From Chara braunii (Eukaryota; Plantae; Charophyceae): a stretch of 64,000 nt of DNA. The position numbers and the translations under genes are program-made. Positions 13,465 through 24,817 of the stretch are shown here, one piece after another; within the stretch, counting starts at the first letter, position 1; every line of letters starts with the position of its first letter. The stretch is taken from NCBI GenBank assembly GCA_003427395.1, contig BFEA01000041.1, positions 4,533,545 to 4,597,544 of the forward strand. The letters run 5' to 3'. The notes beneath the pieces were generated by a model. That model did not search any database. It was not told the DNA's origin and saw nothing but the letters and a program-made list of their open reading frames with translations.

Positions 13465-15180
13465 TTCTGCTGATTTTATCGAAAATATAGAAGACTATAC
13501 TATATCAACAATTCTGGCCTCATAATCCTAGAACAACTCCTAGCCCTCCTAGCCCTCCCTGTACCCGGGCATTACATCTCAAAGACAATCCCATCCTTAA
13601 CAACGTCAACCATAGCTGACCTGTTCTCAGTTCTGTCTGTGTCCCCACACTCAATGTTTCCAAAAATCCCTGGCACTCCCCATCTTTGTTGTTCTTCACG
13701 GGCCTTTCTGCAAAACAAAATACTCCGACCGGAAAGCAGCACAGGGCGTGAGGTTTGAGCGTCACAGCCTCCCTCGACGTGAGGGAGCTTTGCGGCGACA
13801 AGCTTTTTTCTACGGATTGGTTGGAGCTCTGCTTTACGGAAGGGTTGTCCTTCTTCTCTGCTTCCGGGTTGTTCATCCTTCTTAGGAGTTCCCTGTAAGC
13901 TCTCACCAGCGGGCCGGACGATGTTGCTTGCACCACAGCCGAGTGAGTTGTGATGGGCTGTGGCCCGTGAGGCTTCATGGGTTGACTGTTTATCAAAGTT
14001 GACCATCATCGGATGGGTCGCTTATTGTGGTCGGCTATCCAAGGGTTCGATCTTGCCTATTGTTGTTGAAGTGAGGGGGTTGGGCTCGGGAGGTGGATGG
14101 GTTGTCTTGGGAGCGCCGTGGAAAGTGTTGGTCATGCAGCGGTGTTGAGGTGCGTTGCTTGGGGTAAGTGGTGGCTGAAAGGTTGAGAGAGGACAATCAT
14201 TTCTCGTAATTGTTGAGAGCGGTAGTACAATACTTCTGGGTTGGGATGAGCAGTGCGCAACATCGATGGAGTGGGCACCAGGAAGAGGAAGAGATCAAGT
14301 GCCGGTGGAAGTAGACAGGAGAGCGGGAGAGGAGTATGGTTGGAATGGATGATTGAATGTTTACGTTGTCCTTCTCTCCAACTGGTGACGATGATCCCAC
14401 TTCATCGTGGGCTTTCTTTGTCTATCAGGAGAGTTTCTGTCTCGCTCGCTGCTACGCTTTCTAGCTTACTTTGAGTACTTCGTGTGAACTAATGTTGTAG
14501 TTATCTTATGCCTCCCAATTCATTGATCATTAGTTTTTGAAATTCAGAGGGTAATTCTAAAATCGATATTAAAAGGTTTGATTAATTTACTGATTAATTT
14601 TCATTATTTGAAGTGATTTCTCTATTTTCTGGATTACTTTTTGTTCTTGATTTCGAAAATCGGAATTTAATTTCAATACTTAAGATGTTTGTCTGAAATT
14701 TGTGCTTTGATTTTCTATTAATTCCAATACGTCGTGTTCTGATTTCCTACCCCTGATATCAACCGTAAATTAGAGTGTGTTTTCCTAATTACATCTCCTG
14801 ATATCGCATATCAACTATAATCCGAGTGTGTTTCCTAATTACATCTCCTAACTAAGTTCTCACGATTCTCATACCGTGGTTTGTGAATCAGATTCGAAAA
14901 TCCTTTTGGATATCCAAATCTAAAAGTCATCGCATATGTGTAACTCTTAATTTGAAAATTGTTTCGTCTCTTGATACTGATATTCATAAATCAGATTTCG
15001 AATTCTAATCTCTTGATTTTCATGACTCTAACTCGGTTTTCAATTCGGATTGCATGAAGTTTACCTCCCCTCATGAGTTAGTTTTGGTTTGGGGCAAGTA
15101 GGTGAAGGTTCTGATAAGATTTTGAGGTTTGAGTAGGGTTGGCAAGTTTCAGATGGTGGATCACTTTCGTTTTTCTTCTG

Positions 15181-15719
15181 CGAACTATGTGGTGGAGGAG
15201 GTCGGCTTGTCGCAAGAGGAAGTCGAGGGTTGTATGCTTTCACTTTTCTTCGTCTCGCGAACTGTGGGTGGAGGAGGTCGGCTTGTCGCGGGATGCAGTT
15301 GAATAAGGGGGTTAGGAAGAGTGTGGGTGCGGATCAGTTGTCTTTTACCTGCCTATTGAACAGGCGTGGGACTGAAATGGAGGGGGGAAGTTTTTTTGGT
15401 AATATTGCGTCCCGCTGGTGAGGAAGGCTAGCTCGCGGGATTGGATTAGGGCACAACTGCAGTTGAGATGGTGGCTTAGCTGTTGTAAGTCTGCGCCGAA
15501 AGGCGGTAAGGGGATGGGAGGTTATGGTGTTATGCCTGTTTTGCGATGGAGTGGACTACTTTTTCTTCCTCCGTCGAACTATGTGGTGGAGGAGGTCGGC
15601 CTGTCGAAGGAAGAGGAAGAATTGAAGCCTACTTGTCATCTCTATGGGATTTTGGCGAAGGCGTTGGTCTATTATTCTTCTCTCCTGAACTATGTGGTGG
15701 AGGAGGTCGGCTCGTCGCG
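15181..15719 (+). repeat. Four interspersed ~32-bp direct repeats
   Basis: GAACTATGTGGTGGAGGAGGTCGGCTTGTCG at ~15182, 15259, 15576 and 15687. Confidence 0.85.
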
Positions 15720-16362
15720 AGATGAAGAAGAGTAGGGGGTGAAAGGAAATAGGAGGAGGGCTGATTGTATTCTTTTCAAAAAAAAAAAAAATCTCAAAAA
15801 ATAGATCTTAGGGTTGACCATACGCGGATGGCTAACTGGTGGTCTTAAAAATGTTTTTGGACCCTGGGTCCTAGCAACTCTTCTCAGGTGGCTTCGATGT
15901 TGTCAGACTCAGTGACCTACGACTGTTTGATGCCAGAACGACGTTGGCCGGTGCTGGGGTGTTGCCCTGTGACCTGCTGACGCAGGAGAGTGAGGCCTAG
16001 TAGAGAGATCTGGGGATGCTTTGGGGTGGGCATTCCATGGCACAACTAAGGGTTGCTGCTGGGACGACCCTGGTCGGAGCGGGGGTGAGTTGTGTTGCCC
16101 TGTAACCCAGCAAGATGTGGGGGTGTGAGACCTGGAAGGGCTCGGCAGGGAGTAGGACAGTGTTGGAGTGCTTTGGAAGGGTTTGTTAGGGATTTCAAGG
16201 GTTTTTGAACATTTGTAGGACCTATGAGGTCTATTTCTATGTTTTCCGTATTGCTCATACGTTTTTTTTTTTTTTTTTAAGTCCAGGGTGTTGTAGAGGC
16301 CGCACCAGGTACCTATTGATTACTGGAAGCAGTCAGCCATGGTTGCCCTAGGTTGGCCGACT

Positions 16363-16690
16363 AGGAACTTCTGCACGCCCCAACGAGACGCCTATTCTCA
16401 TTCCATTATCAACCACCCAGCCCTATTGTAGTTATATGTGTTCACTCCTGGAATAGCCGACCCGGAACTTCTGCACGCCCCAACGGGACGCCTATCCTCA
16501 TCCCGTTATCAACCACCCAGTCCCATTGTAATTGTATGTGTCGGTTTATTTTTGCATATATGTGCCCATAGGCTATGTGTATATAGTCAACCAACTAGGA
16601 ACTTCTGCACGCCTCAGGACGCCTATCATCATTCTGTGGAACTTCTGCACGCCCCAGGACGCCTATCATCATTCCGTGATCAACCATCCA
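16363..16690 (+). repeat. Degenerate tandem repeat, four copies
   Basis: GGAACTTCTGCACGCC..GACGCCTAT..CATTC at ~16364, 16463, 16598 and 16638. Confidence 0.85.
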
Positions 16691-16924
16691 GTCCACGTAT
16701 GTGCCCGTAAGCTATGTATATGTTCATCATTTGGAATTGCTCCCCACCGTAGAGCATATGTAATCTGGACAAGACCCCCCCAAGTCTAGAACCAGATTCG
16801 AATCTGCGACGTACATAGGAAATGAATACACTGTATGAAATATTCGGCTCAAAGAACAACCGGAGCCAACAACAGCAAGCAACCAACACAATACCCAGAC
16901 AAGCATACAACGCACCTGGACTGG

Positions 16925-17097
16925 CCCCTGGGTGGTGTGCAGGCAGTGTCTGTAATAGCACCATGCATCAGCCCAGGGGGATGTGTGTCCAGCCGTGCGT
17001 CATACTAACGCCCTGCCGGTGTCCATGCGCGAGGCTGCGGAGTTTTGAACCCACAACCTCATACCACAATGCGCATTTCCGACCGGTGCTCTAACCT
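16925..17097 (-). mobile_element. tRNA-derived SINE, family 2 (5' end clipped)
   Basis: Reverse complement matches 23257-23425 (ggttagagcacc..gaaatgcgcattgtggtat..gggttcaaaact..gcatggacaccggcagggcgttag). Confidence 0.7.
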
Positions 17098-17109
17098 CTT
17101 AAGAGACTG

Positions 17110-17415
17110 AGGTGAGTGGGAGAAGCGTCCTACTAGCAAGAGGGCTAGCTCCTAGGACAGGAATAGGGTATAGCAGCGGCGGAGATGGTGGCTCTGCTGC
17201 AGTAAGTCTTGCCGGAGTGGGGTACAGGGGATGGATTGGGGGGTCTGAGTCTTTTAAATGAGTGGGAGAAGTAGATGGTGGGATATCAAGCATCCTACTA
17301 GTGCGGGGGCTAGCTGGTAGGATGGAAATAGGGTACAGCAGCAACCGAGATGGTGGCTCTGTTGCAGTAAGTCTTGCCGGAGAGAGGTAAAGAGGATTGA
17401 TGGGGGGCTCCTGAG
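17110..17415 (+). repeat. ~150-bp tandem duplication
   Basis: tgagtgggagaag..cctactag..gagatggtggctctg..gcagtaagtcttgccggag occurs twice. Confidence 0.85.
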
Positions 17416-17979
17416 TTGGTTTGTGAATCTTGTCCAATTCTGAAGTTGTTGTATTCTCCTAAGTAGCGCCAATTTTTTCTTAGCCAAAGCCGGGTAATGG
17501 CCCCGGGTATCTCAAATTTTCAAAATTCGATGTAATTTTCCATATGGGACGCTGGGCCCGGTTACCAGCATGTGCTGCTCCCCACGAATAGATTGGAGCC
17601 TTGTTCCCAATTAAAAAAAAAGAAAAAGGGGGATAAACCAGAGTACCCAGTCAATGATAGAGGTAAGAGGAACGGTTGGGGGGCCTAGTACTTACCGGTG
17701 GCCGAGACCGTTGCTGTTCGGGATAAGGCCTTCACGGTGGATCTTGCAGTAGGAGCTCTCTTAGGATAGGACGGCCTGCTTCGCACATTGACAAGTAGCA
17801 TACAACCAACAATGATACACCAACAATAATGCTAGTACAGAGGGGTCTTGGGGGACGTCTATAGGTAGAGGGGCAGATAAGGGGCCGTAGATCAATTGAT
17901 AATAGGATAGAACCTGTAGGTGGCAATCACAACAACAGCGGTACATACAGTGAACAATACAACAGCTTCGGGGGAATAG

Positions 17980-18310
17980 GAAGTGTAGCTCAGTGGTAAG
18001 GCGTTCAAGTGGCACTCAGGAGGTCGTGGGTTCAACTCCCATTGTCCCCACGATGGTGCCTGTGGCATGCTTAGCGTCTTACCTTCGAGACGGTCAGTCG
18101 GAAAGCAAGTATGTGGTAGCTCAGTGGGCAGAGCTCCGGTGTTGCAACGGGGAGGTTGTGGGTTCGACTTTTGGTTGGTGTAGGTTGCACCCCACATACT
18201 TGTCCCGAGCCTGGCATAGCGCCCTTACAAACTAACGACCTCAATAGCTCAGTGGGTAGAGCTCTGATATACTAACTTGGAGGTCCTGAGTTCGACTCCG
18301 ACTATGCTCA
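17980..18310 (+). mobile_element. Three tandem tRNA-like units (SINE heads or pseudo-tRNAs)
   Basis: A box TAGCTCAGTGG and B box (G/A)GTTC(A/G)ACT at ~17986, 18116 and 18245. Acceptor and anticodon stems are disrupted. Confidence 0.7.
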
Positions 18311-20151
18311 TTCATCATATCAGCTAAGGGATGATCCTCTACATGGTTTCGGGTGGGGACGTGTGCCTTTCCTGCGGGAAAGTTGATGTGGGATGGATGC
18401 TACTTGGGCAGGTGAGTAGCAAGGGGTTGGTTGGGTGCATGGTGGTACCGTGGCAGTCCTATGGTGGGGAGGGTTGCCTTGTAGGGAAACCAATGTCGAA
18501 TCAAGAGGTGTGTCCTACTCTCAATGTCTGTAGACCCATTTCGGGGTGGTGGGTTATCAGAGGTAGGTTGGGGGTAGTTGTTAGACGACAGTCCAGGTCT
18601 CCACCATTACCACTGGTTGATTCTCCGTAGCGAACAGACATAAGCAAGGCTCGTCAGTAGCAGAAAGCAACCACACACATCCACATAGACGATGATATCA
18701 CATTAGCTCACATAACAACCAGCATACTCAACAACTAACAGTAGACATATATGATCCGAGCTGTGCTAGGTTAGTGCTTAGAGGGGCTCATAGGTTAAGA
18801 CCTTGGTTAGTTGACCATTAGACACTGCCTATGAGCGCCCTCACTACTCACGGGACTAGCTGAGAACTATGTGCCTAGCTCACAAGGTTCCCATATAACG
18901 AGGCTTGTACGCGAGTGCCTCAACTGGGGCTGAATGGGGGAGCTCATTCAGTGTCGGTGCCTGCGTCCGCTGTCTGGTCAGGTTGCTCCAGTAGAGAGTG
19001 ATGTTCCTCACACGAGGTAAGATAGAAATGGAGTGGGGGTGCGCCAGGAGATCTATATCGAGAGGAGTGGTGGGATGGGAGTCTCGTGAGAAAAGAAAAA
19101 AGTAAAAAAAAAAAAAAAAAAAAAGGAATGGGTTCACCTATGGGACTTGTAGAAGAACGCCGATACGTAGCGCCCGAAGTACCTGTGCAACAGGACTCGT
19201 CCAACTATTCTTCAATCAGGGCTGGGTGGGGTAGGTGGGGTCCTGCTTAGCCCTGGTGCTTACAACTGCTGTCCGGTCAGGTCACCCTTGTCGAGATGAC
19301 TGGAGGGTGATAATCCTGAGTGGTGGACACTGAGGTAGTATCATGGGGATAGGGGTGCGCCGGGGAGAAATAATGAAAGCAGTAGGCTGGGAGGGAGTCT
19401 CATAAGGAATAGGGACCTCTATAGACCATCTGGATAACCACATGGCTGATTACCGAAGGTGACTGTCATACCTCTAGCATCCGGAAAAAAAAAAGGAAAA
19501 AAAAAGGGAAAAAAAGAAAAGGAAGCTGTCCAATACCCAGCCATCCAAGTCCTTTTAGCAAGTGCTGCTCCCAACTAATAGATAGGAGCCACCATGAAGT
19601 GGGGAGGCCACGCCCTGGAGGATGCTCGGGCCTCCTTGACGATTGAAAAAGAAAAGAGAAAAGAAAGAGAAACCTGAACAACAGCCCGGTCTATCCTCCC
19701 CAGTGTCCCCACCATGAAAATAGCACCAGTGGGGCCTGTCCCTGGTTTTTTTTTTTTTTTTTTTTTTTTTTGGTTGTTGTTGGGGCCTGTCCCTGACTTA
19801 TAATGCGCAGATCATGAGTTGGAATTCAGATGGATACTCAGATTGATACCATAGAATTATTTTTTTTTTGTGGGGGGCGTGGCGGTGGTGGTGGTGGTGG
19901 TGGTGGTGGTGGGGGGAACTAAGATGCAGTCAAGGTTTTCAGTTTTGAATGCGTTTCAGTCACATTTTCTGAAGTTTTTCAGGAATTTTACTCCAATGCG
20001 TATCCAACCCAGATTTAGGGTTGGGTGGGGATGTGTTGTATTCGAGGGATACGTGAAGTGGATTCAGAACTGAAAACGTGACTGCCCCGTAGTTACCCCT
20101 TTTTTTTCCTTTTTCTTTTCTTTTCTTTTTTGAATACAATAAGGTTAGTAG

Positions 20152-20286
20152 AGCCCTAACTCAGTTGGTAAGGCATTCAAGTGGCATTCAGGAGGTCTTG
20201 GGTTCAATCCCCATTGGCCTCATGTACCTTCCTGGGCAAGCTTGGCGCCCGCCACCTAGAGATATGCCGTTGGTCCCCCCGAGTGG
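20152..20286 (+). mobile_element. tRNA-derived SINE, family 1 (runs into a gap)
   Basis: A and B boxes plus a body shared with the copies at 49080-49475 (-) and 50286-50640 (+). Confidence 0.85.
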
Positions 20287-20506
20287 NNNNNNNNNNNNNN
20301 NNNNNNNNNNNNNNNNNNNNNNNNNNNNNNNNNNNNNNNNNNNNNNNNNNNNNNNNNNNNNNNNNNNNNNNNNNNNNNNNNNNNNNNNNNNNNNNNNNNN
20401 NNNNNNNNNNNNNNNNNNNNNNNNNNNNNNNNNNNNNNNNNNNNNNNNNNNNNNNNNNNNNNNNNNNNNNNNNNNNNNNNNNNNNNNNNNNNNNNNNNNN
20501 NNNNNN

Positions 20507-20547
<41 letters not shown>

Positions 20548-22298
20548 CTAACTGGGAGTTAAGGCCGAGAGTGAACTTAACAGAAGCTGGGTAGTGGCTC
20601 CAATAAAAGTAGAGGAAAAGAAAAAGGATGGGGATGGCAGTGCATTACGCCACTGCTGTCAATGATAACATATCCTATTGTTGGTGAAGGTTGAGCGCCC
20701 ACAGCCCTTGGGGTTGACATTTGGCCCGAATTTCGTGAAATGTGATTGGTAGCTGCAACCAGGGGCCAAGTCCCACTAGCAGTGTTGAGCTACCTCAACG
20801 CCTGAATCTGGACGCTTTTGCGGCGATGTGCAGAAATGGTGTTGAGTTTCCTGAACTGCATGTCTCCACAACTGGGACTTGGCCCCAGTGCATTGTCCTC
20901 GACCAGAACCCATAATATCAAATTGATTCCACGGACACCATGACGACACAACCCTGGGCCATTGGTCAGCTTACGCAATGCCAATTATTCGTTTTAGCTG
21001 ACAATAATACAACCCATTAGCCACTGAGTGATTGTACCCGGCGAGTTGTCAATAGATCACCCTGTGAGCCAGTTGAGGATTATCTTTATCAGTTCATTTC
21101 AATCATTGGTAATGGAGTGGTCATGGATCTGATAAACTTGTCTTGCCTTTTTTTTCTTTTTTCTTTTTTCTTTTTGTTAAAGCTCCGATCTATTCGTGGG
21201 GAGCAGCACGTGCTGAGAACCGGGCTCAGCGTCCCTCATGAATTACATAATCAAGTCTGTCCCTGGGGGGCACCCTTGAACCCTTGTAAGCATTTGAGAA
21301 TAGTATACCAGGGGGGCTGGGATGGATCCTTTGCTCGTTGGGGGTCTTGCCTTGTTTACCTGTTCAGTTAATGGTGTATTGCCACCAAGTGGCAGCTGCT
21401 ACAACAAAAGCCAAGCATCATCAGTGACTGCATTTGAGAGTCAGAGATAAAAGCCATAATATCCCTGGGATGCAAAAACTTGCAGACTCCTTAATAAAAG
21501 TTAATATCCCTTTTTTTTTTTTTTTTTTTTTTGAAGCGTTGGCCTACTAGAGGGGGCGATAAGAGTGTCCTCCTCTAGTGGGACCTTCTCTGGCTGCTCC
21601 ACTCTATTGGTGGGGAGCGTCACTTGCTGGGAACCGGGCCCAGCGCCCCATTTTATAAATACATCTCCAGACATTTACAGAGGTCATTGCCTAGCCTACA
21701 GGAACAAATAATCTCTGTAAGGGACGCTGGGCCCGGTTCCCAGCAATGTGATGCTCCCCATGAATAGATTGGAGCCATTATATTGGAGGGCAAAGAAAAG
21801 GAACAAAATAGACTCTGCTATGGGGACAACTCCAAGTCTGTTGCTCATTTGTGTCATGCCGCAGTAAGCAAAGCTACACAACCGTCTTCCCCCTGAATGC
21901 AATGAAGGGTTGATGTATCAGTATTCACCTCAATTCGGAACCGCATATAACCAATGGCATGATGACCCCACCCTTCAGGGAAAGACGACATGGGATGGAA
22001 ACCCGAACTATGTTCCTCCGTGCTTAATAGTGCAAGGTCTTCTTCCATACCACTTGAGAATTTAATGATAAAAGAACCCTTCCAATATCTAAATCCTTTT
22101 GTGATCAACCCTTCCACTATCAAAATCCTTTTGCGATTATTCTGAACCTTGATCGCTCTGAAGGCATATGCTCACGCTCTCGTTATCCTACTGTCAAAGT
22201 ATGGTTAGCTTAGGGCTCCGGAAGGGGAAGGCTGAGTAAAATAATAATCCACATAGTAACTCTCAGTTACCTGGGCAACGGCCTAGAGATATTATTAA

Positions 22299-22502
22299 AC
22301 CACCAGTACTTGGCCCAGCTATCGATGCCGAGCTTGGAATGCCCCTGCACGCCAATTTTTGCCGAAGCGCCGGGGTACCGTTTCGTTTTGTTTTTGGCTG
22401 GCGCTTCCAGCCATTGTGGTCCGGTACTACCCCAAAGCCGTAAAGGCGCGGCCCGTTAACGGGGAAGCGCCCCGGCCGATAGCTGGGCCAAGTACTGGTG
22501 GT
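22299..22502. mobile_element. MITE with 26-bp TIRs flanked by TTAA
   Basis: TTAA-accaccagtacttggcccagctatcg ... cgatagctgggccaagtactggtggt-TTAA. A second left end starts at 22507 and shares the TTAA. Confidence 0.9.
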
Positions 22503-22837
22503 TTAAACCACCAGTACTTCCGAGCCTCTTTTTCCCGAGGCGCATTCGTGCGGCACGCCAAAAAGACAACGAGGTGGCATGGCGCAAGAAGCTTTCATTT
22601 TGGCTTGCAGCGCCAGGCAAACAGATCCAGTAGGCCGAACCCTGAAGAACGCCATGCGTATCAGTGGGGAACCTGCAGTAGGGGATGTCTTAGGGGTCCC
22701 GTTGATAGGAGGAGAGGTGGGATAGGCTCTGGTGGAGGATATCGTAGGGGAACCTGCCCTAGAGGCTGTCTCAAGGGGTGAGGGTGGTGTGCTGCCTGCA
22801 TGGAGAACACAGTAAGCTTAGAATAATCCACAGTACG

Positions 22838-23012
22838 TCTAGTTGATGATAGAGGAGGGGGGGGATGATGATGGCCGTCAACCCACTGAGGACGGAAACT
22901 AGAGATGCGCTGGAGGACACTAAAAAATGACTACGGACCCAGTTGATGATAGAGGTAAGGGGAGCGAATGGTGGCCCGAAGCCTGCTGAGGACAGAAACT
23001 GGAGATGCTCTA
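22838..23012 (+). repeat. ~100-bp tandem duplication
   Basis: agttgatgatagagg..tggcc..ctgaggac.gaaact.gagatgc occurs twice. Confidence 0.75.
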
Positions 23013-23028
23013 GGTAAGAACAACCTCC

Positions 23029-23287
23029 GATAGGAAAGGGTTCAAGAACATAGAATTCAAGATAATATAATGTAGCTCAGTGGTTAGAGCACCAGTTTGA
23101 AATGCGCATTGTGATAGGAAAGGNNNNNNNNNNNNNNNNNNNNNNNNNNNNNNNNNNNNNNNNNNNNNNNNNNNNNNNNNNNNNNNNNNNNNNTGCGCAT
23201 TGTGATAGGAAAGGGTTCAAGAACATAGAATTCAAGATAATATAATGTAGCTCAGTGGTTAGAGCACCAGTTTGAAATGCGCATTGT
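23029..23287 (+). repeat. 84-bp tandem repeat carrying a SINE A box, spanning an N gap
   Basis: Unit gataggaaaggg..tagctcagtggttagagc..tgcgcattgt starts at 23029, 23113 and 23204. Confidence 0.8.
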
Positions 23288-23430
23288 GGTATAAGGTTGC
23301 GGGTTCAAAACTTCGCAACCTTACGCATGGACACCGGCAGGGCGTTAGAGTGACGCACGGCTGGACACACACCCTCATGACACAGGTGAGCTATTACAGA
23401 CACTGCCTGCGCACCACCCAAGGAGTAGCC
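23244..23430 (+). mobile_element. tRNA-derived SINE, family 2
   Basis: A box TAGCTCAGTGGTTAGAGC at 23248, B box GGTTCAAAAC at 23302. Second copy at 16925-17097. Confidence 0.7.
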
Positions 23431-23499
23431 CATGGTTATTGCATGCTGGGACGGAGATGGTTCAAAAGGGTTTGTTAGGGGCCACCCAAGGAGTAGCCC

Positions 23500-24720
23500 A
23501 TGGTTATTGCATGCTGGGACGGCGATGGTTCAAAAGGATCGTTAGGGGATGCTCCTCAAATTCTCTGTGTTTCAAATGATGACTTGAGGCAACAGCAAGA
23601 TAATTCTCCGGGTGTGTCGCAGGATTCAGGAGAAACACTAATAAATCAGCAGCTGCAGCAGCACCTTAGCCTACAACAGCTGCAGCTACAGTCTCAGCAG
23701 TCTCCAAAGCAGACAGTGGTGGACCTAACGGTAGACGTCAGTCCACAAACCATTTTGGTACAACAGGTCCACCCAGAACATGGAGATCAACAACAAACAC
23801 AGATGCTACTTCTGCAACACCAACAGCAGGATCCCGCTCAGGAAGTCAGTAGCTCGGTTCAGAAACAGCAGCCACACAAAGATGTTTGGAGCGGAGAGTT
23901 GGACCACCCCTCCCCCATCCAAGGCACTCATCAAAAGGGGGGCCTGGTTTTGTTTCCTACCCCGGTATCGCAAGAGGCAGGGAAGCGCCAAAAAATTGAG
24001 GAATACTTTAGAGAGTGGACAAGCAATTAGACCACAGAACCCTAAGGGTAACCTCTTTATTCCCGTAAGGAAGAAAGGGAATAGGTGGGACATCGGGCTA
24101 TCACGTATTGGACAAGACCAATACGGAGGGGTAACTCTAAGGGGCTGGTCCACGTATGTGGAGTATTACAGTGCGGGAGACCGGGTTTTCAAAAGGGACC
24201 TGCATGACTTCATCTCTAAACACTATGACCCTGGGCAGCAGGCTACAATGACTGAGATAGGGGATCGGGCTGTAATGGCTAAGAGAGATACCTTAATGGG
24301 CCTCAAATGGTGCTCTCATGCTGCATTGCTTGATCTGCAGATTTTAAAGATTAAAGCTAATGCTGTATGGTCAATATCAAAGACTGTGACTTTTGTATGT
24401 ATTATTCTGTGCAGAGGGCTGCTTCAGCCTTCGTCTGACCTAGATACAAGTCATTGGGTTAGACTCTAATATGGTATGGATTGAGTAATGGTTAGCTGGG
24501 ATGGAAGCACTTCAGACATTTTATTGGAAGAATCCCCATTGGAGTCATGCGGCCAGAACAACCAACCTTGATATAAGGTCATTAAATGATTAAACGTAAA
24601 TGGGTTGGCCACTGCGGGTGCGGAAAACGAGAGGCGGTTAGCGGAGGCCCTAATTTTCAGACAACTTGTCATGCCATTTATAACAAAATCCAAGGGTCAT
24701 TTTAACCAAACTTGCCACCA
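23500..24720 (+). pseudogene. LINE fragment: Q-rich ORF1 tail, conserved extra domain and start of APE endonuclease
   Basis: 24030-24469 is homologous to 26900-27367, and LNVNGLATA at ~24590 matches FLNVNGLTTA at ~27476. Truncated before a poly-A at ~24754. Confidence 0.7.
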
Positions 24721-24817
24721 AGTCATAGAGTAGATACCATAGTTACTAACTGCAAAAAAAAAAAATTAAAAAAAAAAATTAAAAACCAATAAAACAGCAA
24801 GGCAAAGGTGCACTTTC

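Noticed and set aside
13520-14009. Minus-strand ORFs of 158 and 145 aa as a gene
   Set aside because: Overlapping low-complexity frames with no recognisable motif and no second copy in the window.
16363-16690. CRISPR-like repeat arrays (also 15181-15719 and 38656-39317)
   Set aside because: Eukaryotic context, irregular spacer lengths, degenerate repeats and no cas genes.
17980-18310. Functional tRNA genes (also 20152, 23244, 49475, 50286)
   Set aside because: Acceptor and anticodon stems do not pair, and most heads are attached to shared repeat bodies.
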